From IMG/VR virus record IMGVR_UViG_3300042876_000238, positions 257 to 64,256 of that record: DNA of 64,000 bases, one strand, 5' to 3'. Each line of letters begins with the position of its first letter. The first letter of the stretch is position 1. This DNA is from a virus. Its lineage: Duplodnaviria > Caudoviricetes. Shown in pieces: positions 1 through 8,618 of the stretch. The translations under genes and the position numbers were made by a program. The notes beneath the pieces are model-generated. The model was not told where the DNA came from. It saw only the letters and a program-made list of their open reading frames with translations, and ran no database searches.

Positions 1-67
1 GAGCATCCACGCTTGGTGCTCCTCCACGGGGGACAGGATATACCGCTTTAATCTTGGTTTCTTCCGT

Positions 68-715
68 TTAGCCACAGTACGTCGCGACGATCGCCGACTT
101 CGGCATCTTCGACAACGTCACGGCATCGAGGCTTACCTCATATACCTCGCCCTTCTGCGTCGGAATAGGTTCACCGATGCATTTAGTGCCGATGGGCGCG
201 GTGCCTACGGCGCGGCCGAGTTTGGCACCGTCCCAGCGGTCGGGCAGGACTTCGTAGACGAGGCGAACCGTCGTACTCAGTACCGGCGGGTTCGGGTTGG
301 GCCACGGCACGATGTTCGAGACGACCCCAGAGGCCCGTGACTCCCCACCGCCCGCGGCTGCGGTAGCACGAGAGAAGCCACGATAGCACCACGTACCGGG
401 GGCGACGTCGATGGTCGTGGCCGCGGTCGGTGCCGGGACGATCTTCTCGCCCTGCTTGGTGCCGAAGACGCCGGGCGAGCTACAGGTACCCACCTCGATG
501 CGGGTCTGCGCAAGCTGCGTGATCGTGAGCGGCGTGCCGTCCTCGAACTGCGTCGGGTGGGTCCACGTGACCTCGACCGTGGCGGCGAGCGAACTGACCG
601 CGAAGGCGAGCACGCCCACCACGATCAGCATGAGCGAGCCCAACGCGTACAGCGCGCCGCGCTGCGGGTTGACCTCGTACCAGTTCAGCAGTCGATCGAG
701 CATTTTGTGACTCAT
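68..715 (-). CDS. Exported or membrane-anchored protein with fibronectin type III-like domain
   Basis: N-terminal hydrophobic helix, then FN3-like pattern (VTWTHPTQFEDGTPL...PGTWCY...GESRAS); AGGAG RBS. Confidence 0.6.
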   Translation of the reverse strand: MSHKMLDRLLNWYEVNPQRGALYALGSLMLIVVGVLAFAVSSLAATVEVTWTHPTQFEDGTPLTITQLAQTRIEVGTCSSPGVFGTKQGEKIVPAPTAATTIDVAPGTWCYRGFSRATAAAGGGESRASGVVSNIVPWPNPNPPVLSTTVRLVYEVLPDRWDGAKLGRAVGTAPIGTKCIGEPIPTQKGEVYEVSLDAVTLSKMPKSAIVATYCG

Positions 716-763
716 GGGGGGAGCACTCCTTGAAGCGGAAAACCAGTGTCAGACACCCCCTAC

Positions 764-791
764 AGCGTACTCCCAGCACGTGTTATGTCAA
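764..791 (-). promoter_or_regulatory. Sigma70-like leftward promoter
   Basis: TTGACA-16 nt-TACGCT on the - strand upstream of 68..715. Confidence 0.55.
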
Positions 792-1015
792 GTTTCGGGA
801 AATTTTTGTGGTGGGGTTTTTACGTGTGCTTAGTGCGCACATGGTGGAGTTTTTGCGGGATACGGGGCCGAGGGACCTAAAGCGTACCCCCACCCCCCTC
901 CCCCCGTGGCCCGGTACCCCGGTGGGCCGTCGTGCTTCGGTACAGGTGCGCCGCTGGCTTTCCCCACGCGCGGTATATGAGGGAAGCACACCGCAACCCT
1001 TACGCCGCACTGGCG

Positions 1016-1029
1016 TTACACCGGTGTAA
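1016..1029. repeat. Palindrome TTACACCGGTGTAA copy 1
   Basis: Perfect 14-bp palindrome just before the AGGAG RBS. Confidence 0.95.
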
Positions 1030-1046
1030 TTCATAGGAGCAATCAC

Positions 1047-1625
1047 ATGGCTAAGGCCAAGACGACACAGACCCCCGCAGTTGCCACGCTCACGCAGGCA
1101 AAGGCCGAGCGCATCGCGCGCATCTGGATCGCTGGTGACGCAGCGCTCGCGAAGGCGGGCGGCGAACTCGCTACGCGCATCGCGCAGGAAGCGTCCGCAG
1201 TGTTCGAGCGCAACGCGACGCCGGGCAAGCCGGACGCGGACCTCGTCACGAAGATCGTCGGCAAGTCGCGCGGCTGGAGCGCAGCGTCGCTGAACGTCCG
1301 CTCGTCGGAGATCCTCGCGATCATGCGCGCTCGCACCGGGCTGCCGAAGGGTGTCGCCGCGATCGAGAAGGCGTTTGCTGGTACGTGCCGCTGGAATGAC
1401 GCGGTCAACGCGGCCCGAGCGATCAACGACGGCAAGGACCCCGTTCGCTTCGTGAAGGGCAAGCGCAAGGGCGCGGGCGAGGAGCCGAAGGACGCGGAAG
1501 CCGTGAAGAAGTCCATCGCGATCGCCGTGAAGAAGTGGCTGGAGTGGAGCGCGACGCCGCGTGCGCTCAAGACGTCGCTGCGCCAGATGTGCGGCGAGCA
1601 CCGCATCAACATCGGCAAGGCGTAA
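1047..1625 (+). CDS. Hypothetical early protein (basic, Ala/Lys-rich)
   Basis: AGGAG RBS, strongly biased codon usage. Confidence 0.8.
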   Translation: MAKAKTTQTPAVATLTQAKAERIARIWIAGDAALAKAGGELATRIAQEASAVFERNATPGKPDADLVTKIVGKSRGWSAASLNVRSSEILAIMRARTGLPKGVAAIEKAFAGTCRWNDAVNAARAINDGKDPVRFVKGKRKGAGEEPKDAEAVKKSIAIAVKKWLEWSATPRALKTSLRQMCGEHRINIGKA

Positions 1626-1631
1626 TCGCAA

Positions 1632-1645
1632 TTACACCGGTGTAA
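1632..1645. repeat. Palindrome copy 2
   Basis: TTACACCGGTGTAA between a stop codon and the next RBS. Confidence 0.95.
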
Positions 1646-1665
1646 CTCACCGAGGGAGAACGACG

Positions 1666-1842
1666 ATGCGAGTCGCACTGTTTGAGTTCGACGGCACGCT
1701 GGACGCGCAGGAGAAGATCCTGCGGGAACGCGTGGAGCGAAAGCGCAAGGGCTGGGATCGCCGCACCGCGGAGGATCACCAGCGCTTGCTCGATGTGCAG
1801 CGGGAGAAGGCCCGCCGCATGAAGCGCGAGGCGGGCCGCTAG
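1666..1842 (+). CDS. Small charged hypothetical protein
   Basis: GAGGGAG RBS, ATG at 1666. Confidence 0.65.
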   Translation: MRVALFEFDGTLDAQEKILRERVERKRKGWDRRTAEDHQRLLDVQREKARRMKREAGR

Positions 1843-1856
1843 GCTCGTAGCACGTG

Positions 1857-1894
1857 GGGCCGGAGGGCGTTGAGCCTTCCGGCCCTTTTGCTTT
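1857..1894 (+). terminator. Rho-independent terminator
   Basis: GGGCCGGAGGGC/GCCTTCCGGCCC stem followed by TTTTGCTTT. Confidence 0.8.
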
Positions 1895-1908
1895 GCCCGC
1901 ATGAGTCA

Positions 1909-1922
1909 TTACACCCGTGTAA
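1909..1922. repeat. Palindrome copy 3 (TTACACCCGTGTAA)
   Basis: One central mismatch; extends to ATTACAC..GTGTAAT. Confidence 0.9.
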
Positions 1923-2053
1923 TCTCATATCACGATGTCTCAAAATACCGTGTTACCAGATGTACATCATTCATACGTGTGCGTGGATCGGCGGGCTCTC
2001 GGGCCGAGGGGCCGTTATCATAGGCACGTACATTGGCGCGACGGCGAGGCTGG

Positions 2054-2325
2054 CAATGTGGATATGATGTTTTCGACAAAACCGTTGCAGCGCAAGGGTT
2101 CTACTATTCATTACCATCATATCCACATTGTTTAGAGATACCCTGTGTTTTCAATCGCAGTCCGGGGCATGTGTGTCTTTGGGGGCTGAGTGAATGTTAT
2201 AGGTTACTCGTCCGCAAAAGTGTGGATATGATGGTAATGACCTGAAAACCCTTGCGGCACTAAGGCACCTTGGCACATACTGCGCAGGATATGATGGAAA
2301 TGACCTGTCAATATGATGGTAATGA
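2054..2325. repeat. Iteron-like repeats (GG)ATATGATGGTAATGA x5, candidate replication origin
   Basis: Copies at 2054-2069, 2108-2130 (inverted), 2221-2240, 2287-2307 and 2311-2325 in AT-rich non-coding DNA. Confidence 0.75.
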
Positions 2326-2334
2326 GGGGGTAAG

Positions 2335-2691
2335 ATGCTCGAACGCACCGCCAAATTCACTCCGAAACAGTTTCGCCTGCTCTGTGAGGCCCTTCGGCAC
2401 CACGGCACGAAACTGCGCGCCGACCGCAATCATGAGGCACTTCGTGTGCTGACCATGTTCGTCCGCACCCTCCCAACGTGTGCGCCTTACGATGTGACCA
2501 TCAGCACGCGCGAGTGGCCCATCGTCAGCCGGGCACTGCGGCCCGAGGGCATGAAGCCCACGCCGGGCTCGGACGCCGCCCGCTGGCTGGCGCTATACCA
2601 GTGGATGATCCTGCCACAGAACTTCTATGGCATGCGCTCGTTATCATCCCGCACGCAGCGCGAACAGGACCGCAAGCTCCCCACGCTCTGA
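2335..2691 (+). CDS. Hypothetical protein
   Basis: GAGGGGG RBS, ATG; stop abuts the palindrome. Confidence 0.65.
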   Translation: MLERTAKFTPKQFRLLCEALRHHGTKLRADRNHEALRVLTMFVRTLPTCAPYDVTISTREWPIVSRALRPEGMKPTPGSDAARWLALYQWMILPQNFYGMRSLSSRTQREQDRKLPTL

Positions 2692-2705
2692 TTACACCCG
2701 TGTAA
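2692..2705. repeat. Palindrome copy 4 (TTACACCCGTGTAA)
   Basis: Starts immediately after TGA. Confidence 0.9.
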
Positions 2706-2710
2706 TCCGA

Positions 2711-2801
2711 CGCTGTATCAGACAGCACCCTGTCTTCTCCTACGCTCCCGTCCTGCTCCTTCGGGGGCGCGGGGGCGGGCAGGGTGCTGCCTGATGCAAC
2801 G
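2711..2801 (+). other. Long intergenic RNA hairpin (possible RNase III site or ncRNA)
   Basis: TGTATCAG-A-CAGCACCCTG pairs with CAGGGTGCTG-C-CTGATGCA; inner cTTCGg tetraloop. Confidence 0.6.
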
Positions 2802-2825
2802 TGCATCGCACAGAAGGAGCAACCA

Positions 2826-3599
2826 ATGACTGACATCAAGATCACCAACGAACTGTACCAGCACGTGCTGGGCGTGCTGCTGCGTACACACGGTACGCTG
2901 GAGCGGCAGATGAACGGCACCGCGCAGGACACCTACGAGGTGTGGGAGATGTGCGCCCAAGCGTACGACAAGCTCCATGCCTTGCAGCCCACGGTGCCGC
3001 AGGCCGAAGGGCAGCAGGGCACGAAGCGCTGGGGATGGGATCGGTCCACGCTCGAAGAGATCTTCTTGGCGATGGAAGAGGCGGGCGAGGAGTCGAACTC
3101 GTGGGCGGCACGGCTGCGCAAGCTGTTCGATGAGGTGCAGCACGAGACGAAGGGCAAGCAGATCGCTGGCAAGCTGCGTGCGCTGTCGTACGCATACAAG
3201 TACGACTCGAAGCCTGCGCGTACGTTGTGCGAGGCGGCCGACATCGTCGAGTCGATGTCGATGGACACAGCCCAGTACAAGGCAGCCGGTAAGGCAGCCG
3301 TCGACTCGATCGCGCAGCGTGCGTTCATGCAGGAGGCTGAGGAAGCGGGCGTTATCATGTCGCACCCGGACGCAGCCGAGGCACAGCGCATCGGCGAACA
3401 GGTTGCGCAGAAACTGAACGCCACGCCAGTGCCAAAGACGCGTTGGTTCGTACGCATCATCTCACGCAAGCAGAATGCATTGATCCAGCAGATCGGTGCA
3501 CGCGACTACGCTGACGCGAAGGCGATTTACACCGGTGTAATGGGCAAGCTCGACCTGTCGCGCTTCAAGGTGAAGCTGGTCAGCGAGGTCGAAGAGTGA
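2826..3599 (+). CDS. Hypothetical protein
   Basis: AAGGAG RBS before ATG 2826. Confidence 0.75.
   Translation: MTDIKITNELYQHVLGVLLRTHGTLERQMNGTAQDTYEVWEMCAQAYDKLHALQPTVPQAEGQQGTKRWGWDRSTLEEIFLAMEEAGEESNSWAARLRKLFDEVQHETKGKQIAGKLRALSYAYKYDSKPARTLCEAADIVESMSMDTAQYKAAGKAAVDSIAQRAFMQEAEEAGVIMSHPDAAEAQRIGEQVAQKLNATPVPKTRWFVRIISRKQNALIQQIGARDYADAKAIYTGVMGKLDLSRFKVKLVSEVEE
3527..3540. repeat. Palindrome copy 5 (intragenic)
   Basis: TTACACCGGTGTAA inside the CDS, about 60 nt before the stop. Confidence 0.9.
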
Positions 3600-3730
3600 A
3601 TAAGCTGCACCTGATCTTCGGCCTGTTGTTCAGCGCTGTCGGCATCTGGGCCTACGATCACACAGGTATGGGATTCTCGATCTTCCTGATGATCACAGGC
3701 GCGGCCCACATTCACAGCATATGGAGGTGA
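3596..3730 (+). CDS. 44-aa two-TM membrane protein (not in ORF track)
   Basis: GTGA overlap with upstream stop; MNKLHLIFGLLFSAVGIWAY...FSIFLMITGAA. Confidence 0.6.
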   Translation: MNKLHLIFGLLFSAVGIWAYDHTGMGFSIFLMITGAAHIHSIWR

Positions 3731-4107
3731 GCGTGATCCGCAAGCACATCTTCACCGTGCGCTGGGAACGCAGGGGATGGGAGGCCGTGCCGACGTTCGA
3801 GCGTTACACGTTCTGCGACTGGCCCGAAGACATGCCAGACAACGACGCGCTGCCTGCGATCGGCGTACTCACCGGCCGGGACCCGCACGAGTACATGACG
3901 TCGCTCCTGCCACAGGACTGCAAGGAAGCGCTCTCCGTACTGGCAGGCATGGAGGTCCGTTGCCGCTACAGCAACGACACCAAGGGGCCGTACATCATCG
4001 ACGACCCCGAGTCCCTGTTCGATGAGGATCTCCTGCTGATGGTGGTTGCACACGCATCGGACAAGGAGTTGGATGGCTATCACATGCGAAGGAGAAAGAG
4101 AGTATGA
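3721..4107 (+). CDS. Hypothetical protein
   Basis: ORF in operon; start may be GTG 3733 after GGAGG. Confidence 0.65.
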   Translation: MEVSVIRKHIFTVRWERRGWEAVPTFERYTFCDWPEDMPDNDALPAIGVLTGRDPHEYMTSLLPQDCKEALSVLAGMEVRCRYSNDTKGPYIIDDPESLFDEDLLLMVVAHASDKELDGYHMRRRKRV

Positions 4108-4565
4108 AGAAGCGCAAAGTTCCCCTCACACGAGGGGCGAAGAAGGCCGTGCAACAGGACATGTTCCCGGCACGCAAGAAGCTAGCCGAGGCGGCGCGCA
4201 TCGGGCAGCTAGGTCCGCCTTCCAAGTCCCGCGACCCGAGCGAGTGGCCTGTCATCGCCTTGCAGGGCGAATACAAGCGGCTCGATAAGAAAATCACGGA
4301 TCTGGATGCACGCGTGCAGAGTCTCGCCCATGCCGTCGAGTTGCTGGCCGAAGTCACGAAGCGTGCGGTACCACCGAGACCGGCGAAGGTCTGGTCGTCT
4401 GAAGAGTACATCCGTCTGAGTGGCGAGCATGACCTGATGCTGCGCGTGGATGGAGAGGTGGACTACGAAGTCCTGATGGATGTACACCGGTGTAGCTGGG
4501 ATGAACTCAAGCTGGCACTCAGGCACATCGGCAAGGAGTGGGCAGATGAACAAAAGACTGTCTGA
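4104..4565 (+). CDS. Hypothetical coiled-coil protein
   Basis: ATGA overlap, heptad segment. Confidence 0.65.
   Translation: MKKRKVPLTRGAKKAVQQDMFPARKKLAEAARIGQLGPPSKSRDPSEWPVIALQGEYKRLDKKITDLDARVQSLAHAVELLAEVTKRAVPPRPAKVWSSEEYIRLSGEHDLMLRVDGEVDYEVLMDVHRCSWDELKLALRHIGKEWADEQKTV
4483..4494. repeat. Palindrome copy 6 (12-bp core TACACCGGTGTA, intragenic)
   Basis: Core intact, outer bases differ. Confidence 0.75.
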
Positions 4566-4641
4566 CGCGATCGTTATCATCGCCTGTCTCGCCGCGTTCG
4601 CAGTGTTCGTAGTGATGTGGTGGATCGAACTCACTGATTGA
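4546..4641 (+). CDS. 31-aa single-TM protein (not in ORF track)
   Basis: AAGGAG RBS; MNKRLSDAIVIIACLAAFAVFVVMWWIELTD. Confidence 0.6.
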   Translation: MNKRLSDAIVIIACLAAFAVFVVMWWIELTD

Positions 4642-4651
4642 AGGAGCAACA

Positions 4652-5032
4652 ATGAAACTGACACCTGAACAGGTTTCCCATGTCATGCATGGGCTCAACA
4701 TACTGGCCCAGTCCGTCGGACCGAACACGGCCCGCGAGATCGAGGCGCTGCTCAACACCATCGAGACCAACGAGGTGCACCTGATGCGGCGCGGGCTGCT
4801 GGAAGACGTCAACGCGAAGTTCAATGAACTCTGCGTGCTGCACGACAAGATGCGCGTGACCGTCAACACGTACATCGAGCACGTGCAGAGGGTGTGCACG
4901 CACCAGTTCTGGAAGCCCGACCCGAACGACAGGCATCGCGTCTATCCACGCCGCATCAAGCTCGATAGCTGCCGCCTGTGTGGCAAGGCTGCCGAGCCCG
5001 TGACCGATACGTTGCGCGTCTCCAGTGACTGA
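4652..5032 (+). CDS. Hypothetical protein with C-terminal Zn-finger-like motif
   Basis: AAGGAG RBS; CTHQF...CRLC. Confidence 0.7.
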   Translation: MKLTPEQVSHVMHGLNILAQSVGPNTAREIEALLNTIETNEVHLMRRGLLEDVNAKFNELCVLHDKMRVTVNTYIEHVQRVCTHQFWKPDPNDRHRVYPRRIKLDSCRLCGKAAEPVTDTLRVSSD

Positions 5033-5579
5033 TTACACCGGTGTAAAGGTCGAGGAAGCCGTGCTCGTATGTCAGGGCAGGTATGTCGACCAGTTCGCCG
5101 ACGACCGCAACTACACTGAAGAATTTCACTGGTACACCAACGTGTCACAACTGATCATTCCCGATACATCGATCGAACAGCCGAGCGACAGCTTCATTTG
5201 GTGTACGCCGATCCCGGCGCGTGACTGGAACACGCTCGTGGGGCTGGCAGTGCAGTTCAAGTGCGTCACTCCGAATGGAGTTCTGTACGTGCATCGCATC
5301 GGAGCCCGCAGGCAGCGGATCATCATCGTGCCGTGGCATCCCGCCGGTACGGACACGAAGGACTTGCATAGGGAGAGGGGCAAGGGACACTCGAAGGAGG
5401 AGATCGAGCAGGAGTGTGCATGGCTGCGCTTGATCAAGAACTTCCAGCATCCGATCTACGTGGTGCCGCACGGCGTCACGCTCACGACGAAAGAGATCAT
5501 CCAGCGTTCGATGAACGTGTCGCCGTACCTGCTGCAGAGCCTCGACTCACTGAAGGATGTGCCGGATGATCCATCCTAG
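5025..5579 (+). CDS. Hypothetical protein
   Basis: ORF in operon; start uncertain (5025 or GTG 5061). Confidence 0.6.
   Translation: MTDYTGVKVEEAVLVCQGRYVDQFADDRNYTEEFHWYTNVSQLIIPDTSIEQPSDSFIWCTPIPARDWNTLVGLAVQFKCVTPNGVLYVHRIGARRQRIIIVPWHPAGTDTKDLHRERGKGHSKEEIEQECAWLRLIKNFQHPIYVVPHGVTLTTKEIIQRSMNVSPYLLQSLDSLKDVPDDPS
5033..5046. repeat. Palindrome copy 7
   Basis: Starts immediately after TGA at 5032. Confidence 0.95.
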
Positions 5580-5979
5580 GAAGCGCAGCAAGGAGAAGTG
5601 GCACGACCTGAATATGAAGGATCTCACCGAAGAGGAGCGTGCGTGGGCTGCGATCTACACGCTCCGCTTCGGCATTGATCAATGGGCAAGGGGATTCTGC
5701 GAAGGAGAAGAAGACTTCTTCAATGAGATGTCGCTTGCGCTGTACGGAGAAGTCAAAAGCCCAGCGGCCCATCAGGACAGGATTTGCTGTGCGATGGACG
5801 TCATCATCTGCGCATACAACCATAGAGATACGGAGGGTAGGAACAATGGCAATACCGAAAGGAACGAAGAAGAACTTCGAGACCCTGCAGCTAGCAATGG
5901 CCGCAGGGCACGTGTGCGTGATGGAAGTGCTCGACGGCAAGACCGGCGAGGTGGTCGACGCGATCTGCATGATCAATAA
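5566..5979 (+). CDS. Hypothetical protein, WxAxYxLxFGxD paralog 1
   Basis: Shares motif with 6788 and 7235. Confidence 0.6.
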   Translation: MIHPRKRSKEKWHDLNMKDLTEEERAWAAIYTLRFGIDQWARGFCEGEEDFFNEMSLALYGEVKSPAAHQDRICCAMDVIICAYNHRDTEGRNNGNTERNEEELRDPAASNGRRARVRDGSARRQDRRGGRRDLHDQ

Positions 5980-6100
5980 GGTCGACGACATGTACCAGAT
6001 GGCTCCGATTGCGTTCATGCCGAGGGAGAATCCGTACGACCGGTTCTCGCCGCCGGACCCGAACAACCCGGAGATGTTCGCCACTGGGGAGAAGCACTGA
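5846..6100 (+). CDS. DUF6117-like protein
   Basis: GGAGG RBS; MAIP...NFETL...D.KTGE...IC...NPYD...PP pattern as recalled for DUF6117. Confidence 0.6.
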   Translation: MAIPKGTKKNFETLQLAMAAGHVCVMEVLDGKTGEVVDAICMINKVDDMYQMAPIAFMPRENPYDRFSPPDPNNPEMFATGEKH

Positions 6101-6504
6101 TGCCGTGGAATCAGAAGAACGCACGGTTCTATTGCGAGGTCTACTCTGCGCGCAGGACAAAGGAGGTCATCCTGTCCGATGCGTACAAGGGGCTCGTTAT
6201 CATCGCGGCAGGAGAGCAGGGCATGTTGCGCGTCACGCTGCGGGCTGACGGCATCGAGGAGAAGACCCGAACCGGTCCGCGTGGTGGCATCCACGTGGAG
6301 TCCAGACGGCATCTCGATAAGTTCATGGTCGAGTTCTGCCCGTGGCGCTCGTGCGAAGCGGAGGGCGACCCTGTCGTGATTGCTTCCGGCCCCTTGGACT
6401 TCGATCGCGTGAAGCACGGCGAGGCGATGGTGCGCTTCGACGATCAGGCAATCGAGGTGTACCGGACGATGCGGGCGATCGAGATCATCAAGGAGACTTC
6501 CTGA
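6100..6504 (+). CDS. Hypothetical protein
   Basis: TGATG overlap. Confidence 0.65.
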   Translation: MPWNQKNARFYCEVYSARRTKEVILSDAYKGLVIIAAGEQGMLRVTLRADGIEEKTRTGPRGGIHVESRRHLDKFMVEFCPWRSCEAEGDPVVIASGPLDFDRVKHGEAMVRFDDQAIEVYRTMRAIEIIKETS

Positions 6505-6791
6505 TGCGCGCGTCACCGCACGGCTGGTACGGAGGGACGAGCGGAACTTCCGAGTCATCTCTCGTGTATCCGGACAAGCGCAAGGTCGGCCCTGTCCGGC
6601 CAAGCGCTTCGCCGTACACGGCCCGTGCTCGCACGATCAACGAGATGAACTCTCACACGAGGTTCTATAAGTACTGCATCGTCGACCGCCACAACATCCC
6701 GATCTTCCTGTTCACGACGATCACTGAGGCTGAGTTCGTCGCCGAGAAGATCAATCTCAATATGGCGAAAGCCGTCCTCAGTGCGCCATGA
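6504..6791 (+). CDS. Hypothetical protein, YxxxDRH paralog 1
   Basis: TGATG overlap, AGGAG RBS. Confidence 0.6.
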   Translation: MRASPHGWYGGTSGTSESSLVYPDKRKVGPVRPSASPYTARARTINEMNSHTRFYKYCIVDRHNIPIFLFTTITEAEFVAEKINLNMAKAVLSAP

Positions 6792-7072
6792 GACGAAAGC
6801 CAACCATCGTGATCAAGCAAGGGTTGGCCGAGTTCGATGATGAAGTGATCGAAGAATGGTGGGCGCAGTACTGCCTATGCTTCGGTCCAGACGCGTTCTA
6901 TGGCAAGGCAGTGCCGGGTGAGTACGAGTTCTACGAGCGCATGGCGAAAGCCTTGGGCGTGTCACGCTGGGTAGCCCGGCAACTGCTGAAGCCGTTCGCC
7001 GGGCTGCTGCCAGACTCTTACGGGCACGAGCCGACATCATGCCAGACAAAGACGTTGCGACCTACCCGATGA
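6788..7072 (+). CDS. Hypothetical protein, WxAxYxLxFGxD paralog 2
   Basis: ATGA overlap. Confidence 0.65.
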   Translation: MRRKPTIVIKQGLAEFDDEVIEEWWAQYCLCFGPDAFYGKAVPGEYEFYERMAKALGVSRWVARQLLKPFAGLLPDSYGHEPTSCQTKTLRPTR

Positions 7073-7242
7073 TCGCTAATATCCGTAAACGTGCCCCGTT
7101 CAAGGTCTGGGGATTCTGCAACGTGTACGACCTCATCGATCGGCACGGGAACTTCGTCATCCTTGGTGTAAGCAAGAAGAGGGCAGAGGAGATCTGCGAA
7201 CTCTGGAACACCGAGGCAGCAAAGGAGATTCTGCGTGGCTAA
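7039..7242 (+). CDS. Hypothetical protein, YxxxDRH paralog 2
   Basis: Similar to the C-terminus of 6504; start may be 7069. Confidence 0.55.
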   Translation: MPDKDVATYPMIANIRKRAPFKVWGFCNVYDLIDRHGNFVILGVSKKRAEEICELWNTEAAKEILRG

Positions 7243-7486
7243 ACACACGTTACAGGAATGGTGGGCAATCTACTGCCTGCGCTTCGGCCCAGACGCACTG
7301 AACGATGTGTACGCGAAGGGGGAACGTGAGTTCCTGTTGGAAGTTGCCGACGATCTGGAAGTCCCGCCTCTCAGCGATCTCGGCCTGAGAGACTCAGCTA
7401 ACCCCCGTGCAGGGCATCGTATCGCCGTCATTGCCTTGTTTTCTGATCTACGTATGAGGGAGAAAATAGCGGCCCGCAAGCCGTAA
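7235..7486 (+). CDS. Hypothetical protein, WxAxYxLxFGxD paralog 3
   Basis: AAGGAG RBS, GTG start. Confidence 0.65.
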   Translation: MAKHTLQEWWAIYCLRFGPDALNDVYAKGEREFLLEVADDLEVPPLSDLGLRDSANPRAGHRIAVIALFSDLRMREKIAARKP

Positions 7487-7492
7487 GACTTA

Positions 7493-7540
7493 TTGAGTTT
7501 GTGACACATGTTCGTTATCATGTCCATTACACCGGTGTAA
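7493..7540 (+). promoter_or_regulatory. Sigma70-like promoter with palindrome copy 8 over the predicted start site
   Basis: TTGAGT(7493)-17 nt-TATCAT(7516), then TTACACCGGTGTAA at 7527-7540. Confidence 0.75.
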
Positions 7541-7559
7541 CCGGAGGAGCAAAGAAACT

Positions 7560-8618
7560 ATGAACCTGAAGGAAGCGAAGAACCTCATCAAGACCGTCTT
7601 CAAGACCCAGATCGAAACCGGCGTGCGGTTCGCCATCGAACTGTCGTCCGGCCCCGGCTTGGGCAAGTCCGAGGGTTGTGAACAGGTGGTCGACGAACTC
7701 AGCAAGGAGTTCGGCGAGCCCGTCGCGTTCATCCCCTACTTCCTCTCCACGCTCGAAGCCCCGGACGTCGGCGGCTTCAAGATCCCGACCAAGGACACCG
7801 ACGGCACGCCGATCACGGTCTCCTCTCGCGCCCCGTGGATGCCCCGAGCGAACGCGCCGAAGTACGGCCTCATCCTGCTCGACGAGTTCCGACAGGCGTC
7901 CCACGATGTGCAGAAGCCCGCGGCCGAGTTGCTGCTCAACGGGCGGGTGGGTGAGTCGCAGTTGCCCATCACGTACTTCGTGTTGGCAGCGTCGAACCGG
8001 GAGAAGGATCGGTCAGGTGTGCAGCGCGAACTGGCGTTCATCGCCAACCGCCGCATGCTCATCACGGTCGACCCCAACCTCGACGCGTGGGTGGAGTGGG
8101 CGGAGCGCAAGAACATCCATCACGCTGCCATCTCGTTCGCCAAGTCGCATCCGGGCAAGGTGTTCCAGACGGAGATCCCGGACAAGCCGGGTCCCTTCTG
8201 CACTCCTCGCACGTTGGTGAAGACGTCGTACCTGATCGGCAAGCTCGACATGGCCTCGTTCACCGAGGCTGCGATGGGCTACATGGGTGAAGGCACGGCG
8301 GCCGAGTTCGTCGCGCACTTGCGGGTGGTCGATGAGTTGCCGGACTACGAAGAGATCGTCGCTGCGCCCAACAAGGTGACGGTCCCGACGCGCCCGGACG
8401 CTTGCTACGCAGTAATGCAGATGATCGCCCATCGGGTCGACGGCCCGACGGCATCGGCTGCGTTCACCTACCTCAAGCGGCTGGGGCGTGAGTTCCAGAT
8501 CGCGGGGCTGAAGGCGACGGTGCGGCGTTCGTCCGTACTGATGCAGACGCCTGAGTTCGGGGCGTGGATTCGCGAGAACAAGGACATCGTCCTCGCCGCG
8601 AACCTCGTGAAGAAGTGA
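7560..8618 (+). CDS. MoxR-like AAA+ ATPase
   Basis: Walker A SGPGLGKS, Walker B ILLDE, AASNR, NR motif, TPRT sensor. Confidence 0.9.
   Translation: MNLKEAKNLIKTVFKTQIETGVRFAIELSSGPGLGKSEGCEQVVDELSKEFGEPVAFIPYFLSTLEAPDVGGFKIPTKDTDGTPITVSSRAPWMPRANAPKYGLILLDEFRQASHDVQKPAAELLLNGRVGESQLPITYFVLAASNREKDRSGVQRELAFIANRRMLITVDPNLDAWVEWAERKNIHHAAISFAKSHPGKVFQTEIPDKPGPFCTPRTLVKTSYLIGKLDMASFTEAAMGYMGEGTAAEFVAHLRVVDELPDYEEIVAAPNKVTVPTRPDACYAVMQMIAHRVDGPTASAAFTYLKRLGREFQIAGLKATVRRSSVLMQTPEFGAWIRENKDIVLAANLVKK

Noticed and set aside
1923-2334. Short ORFs or tRNA in the repeat block
   Set aside because: No RBS, atypical codons, and no cloverleaf or T-loop consensus seen.
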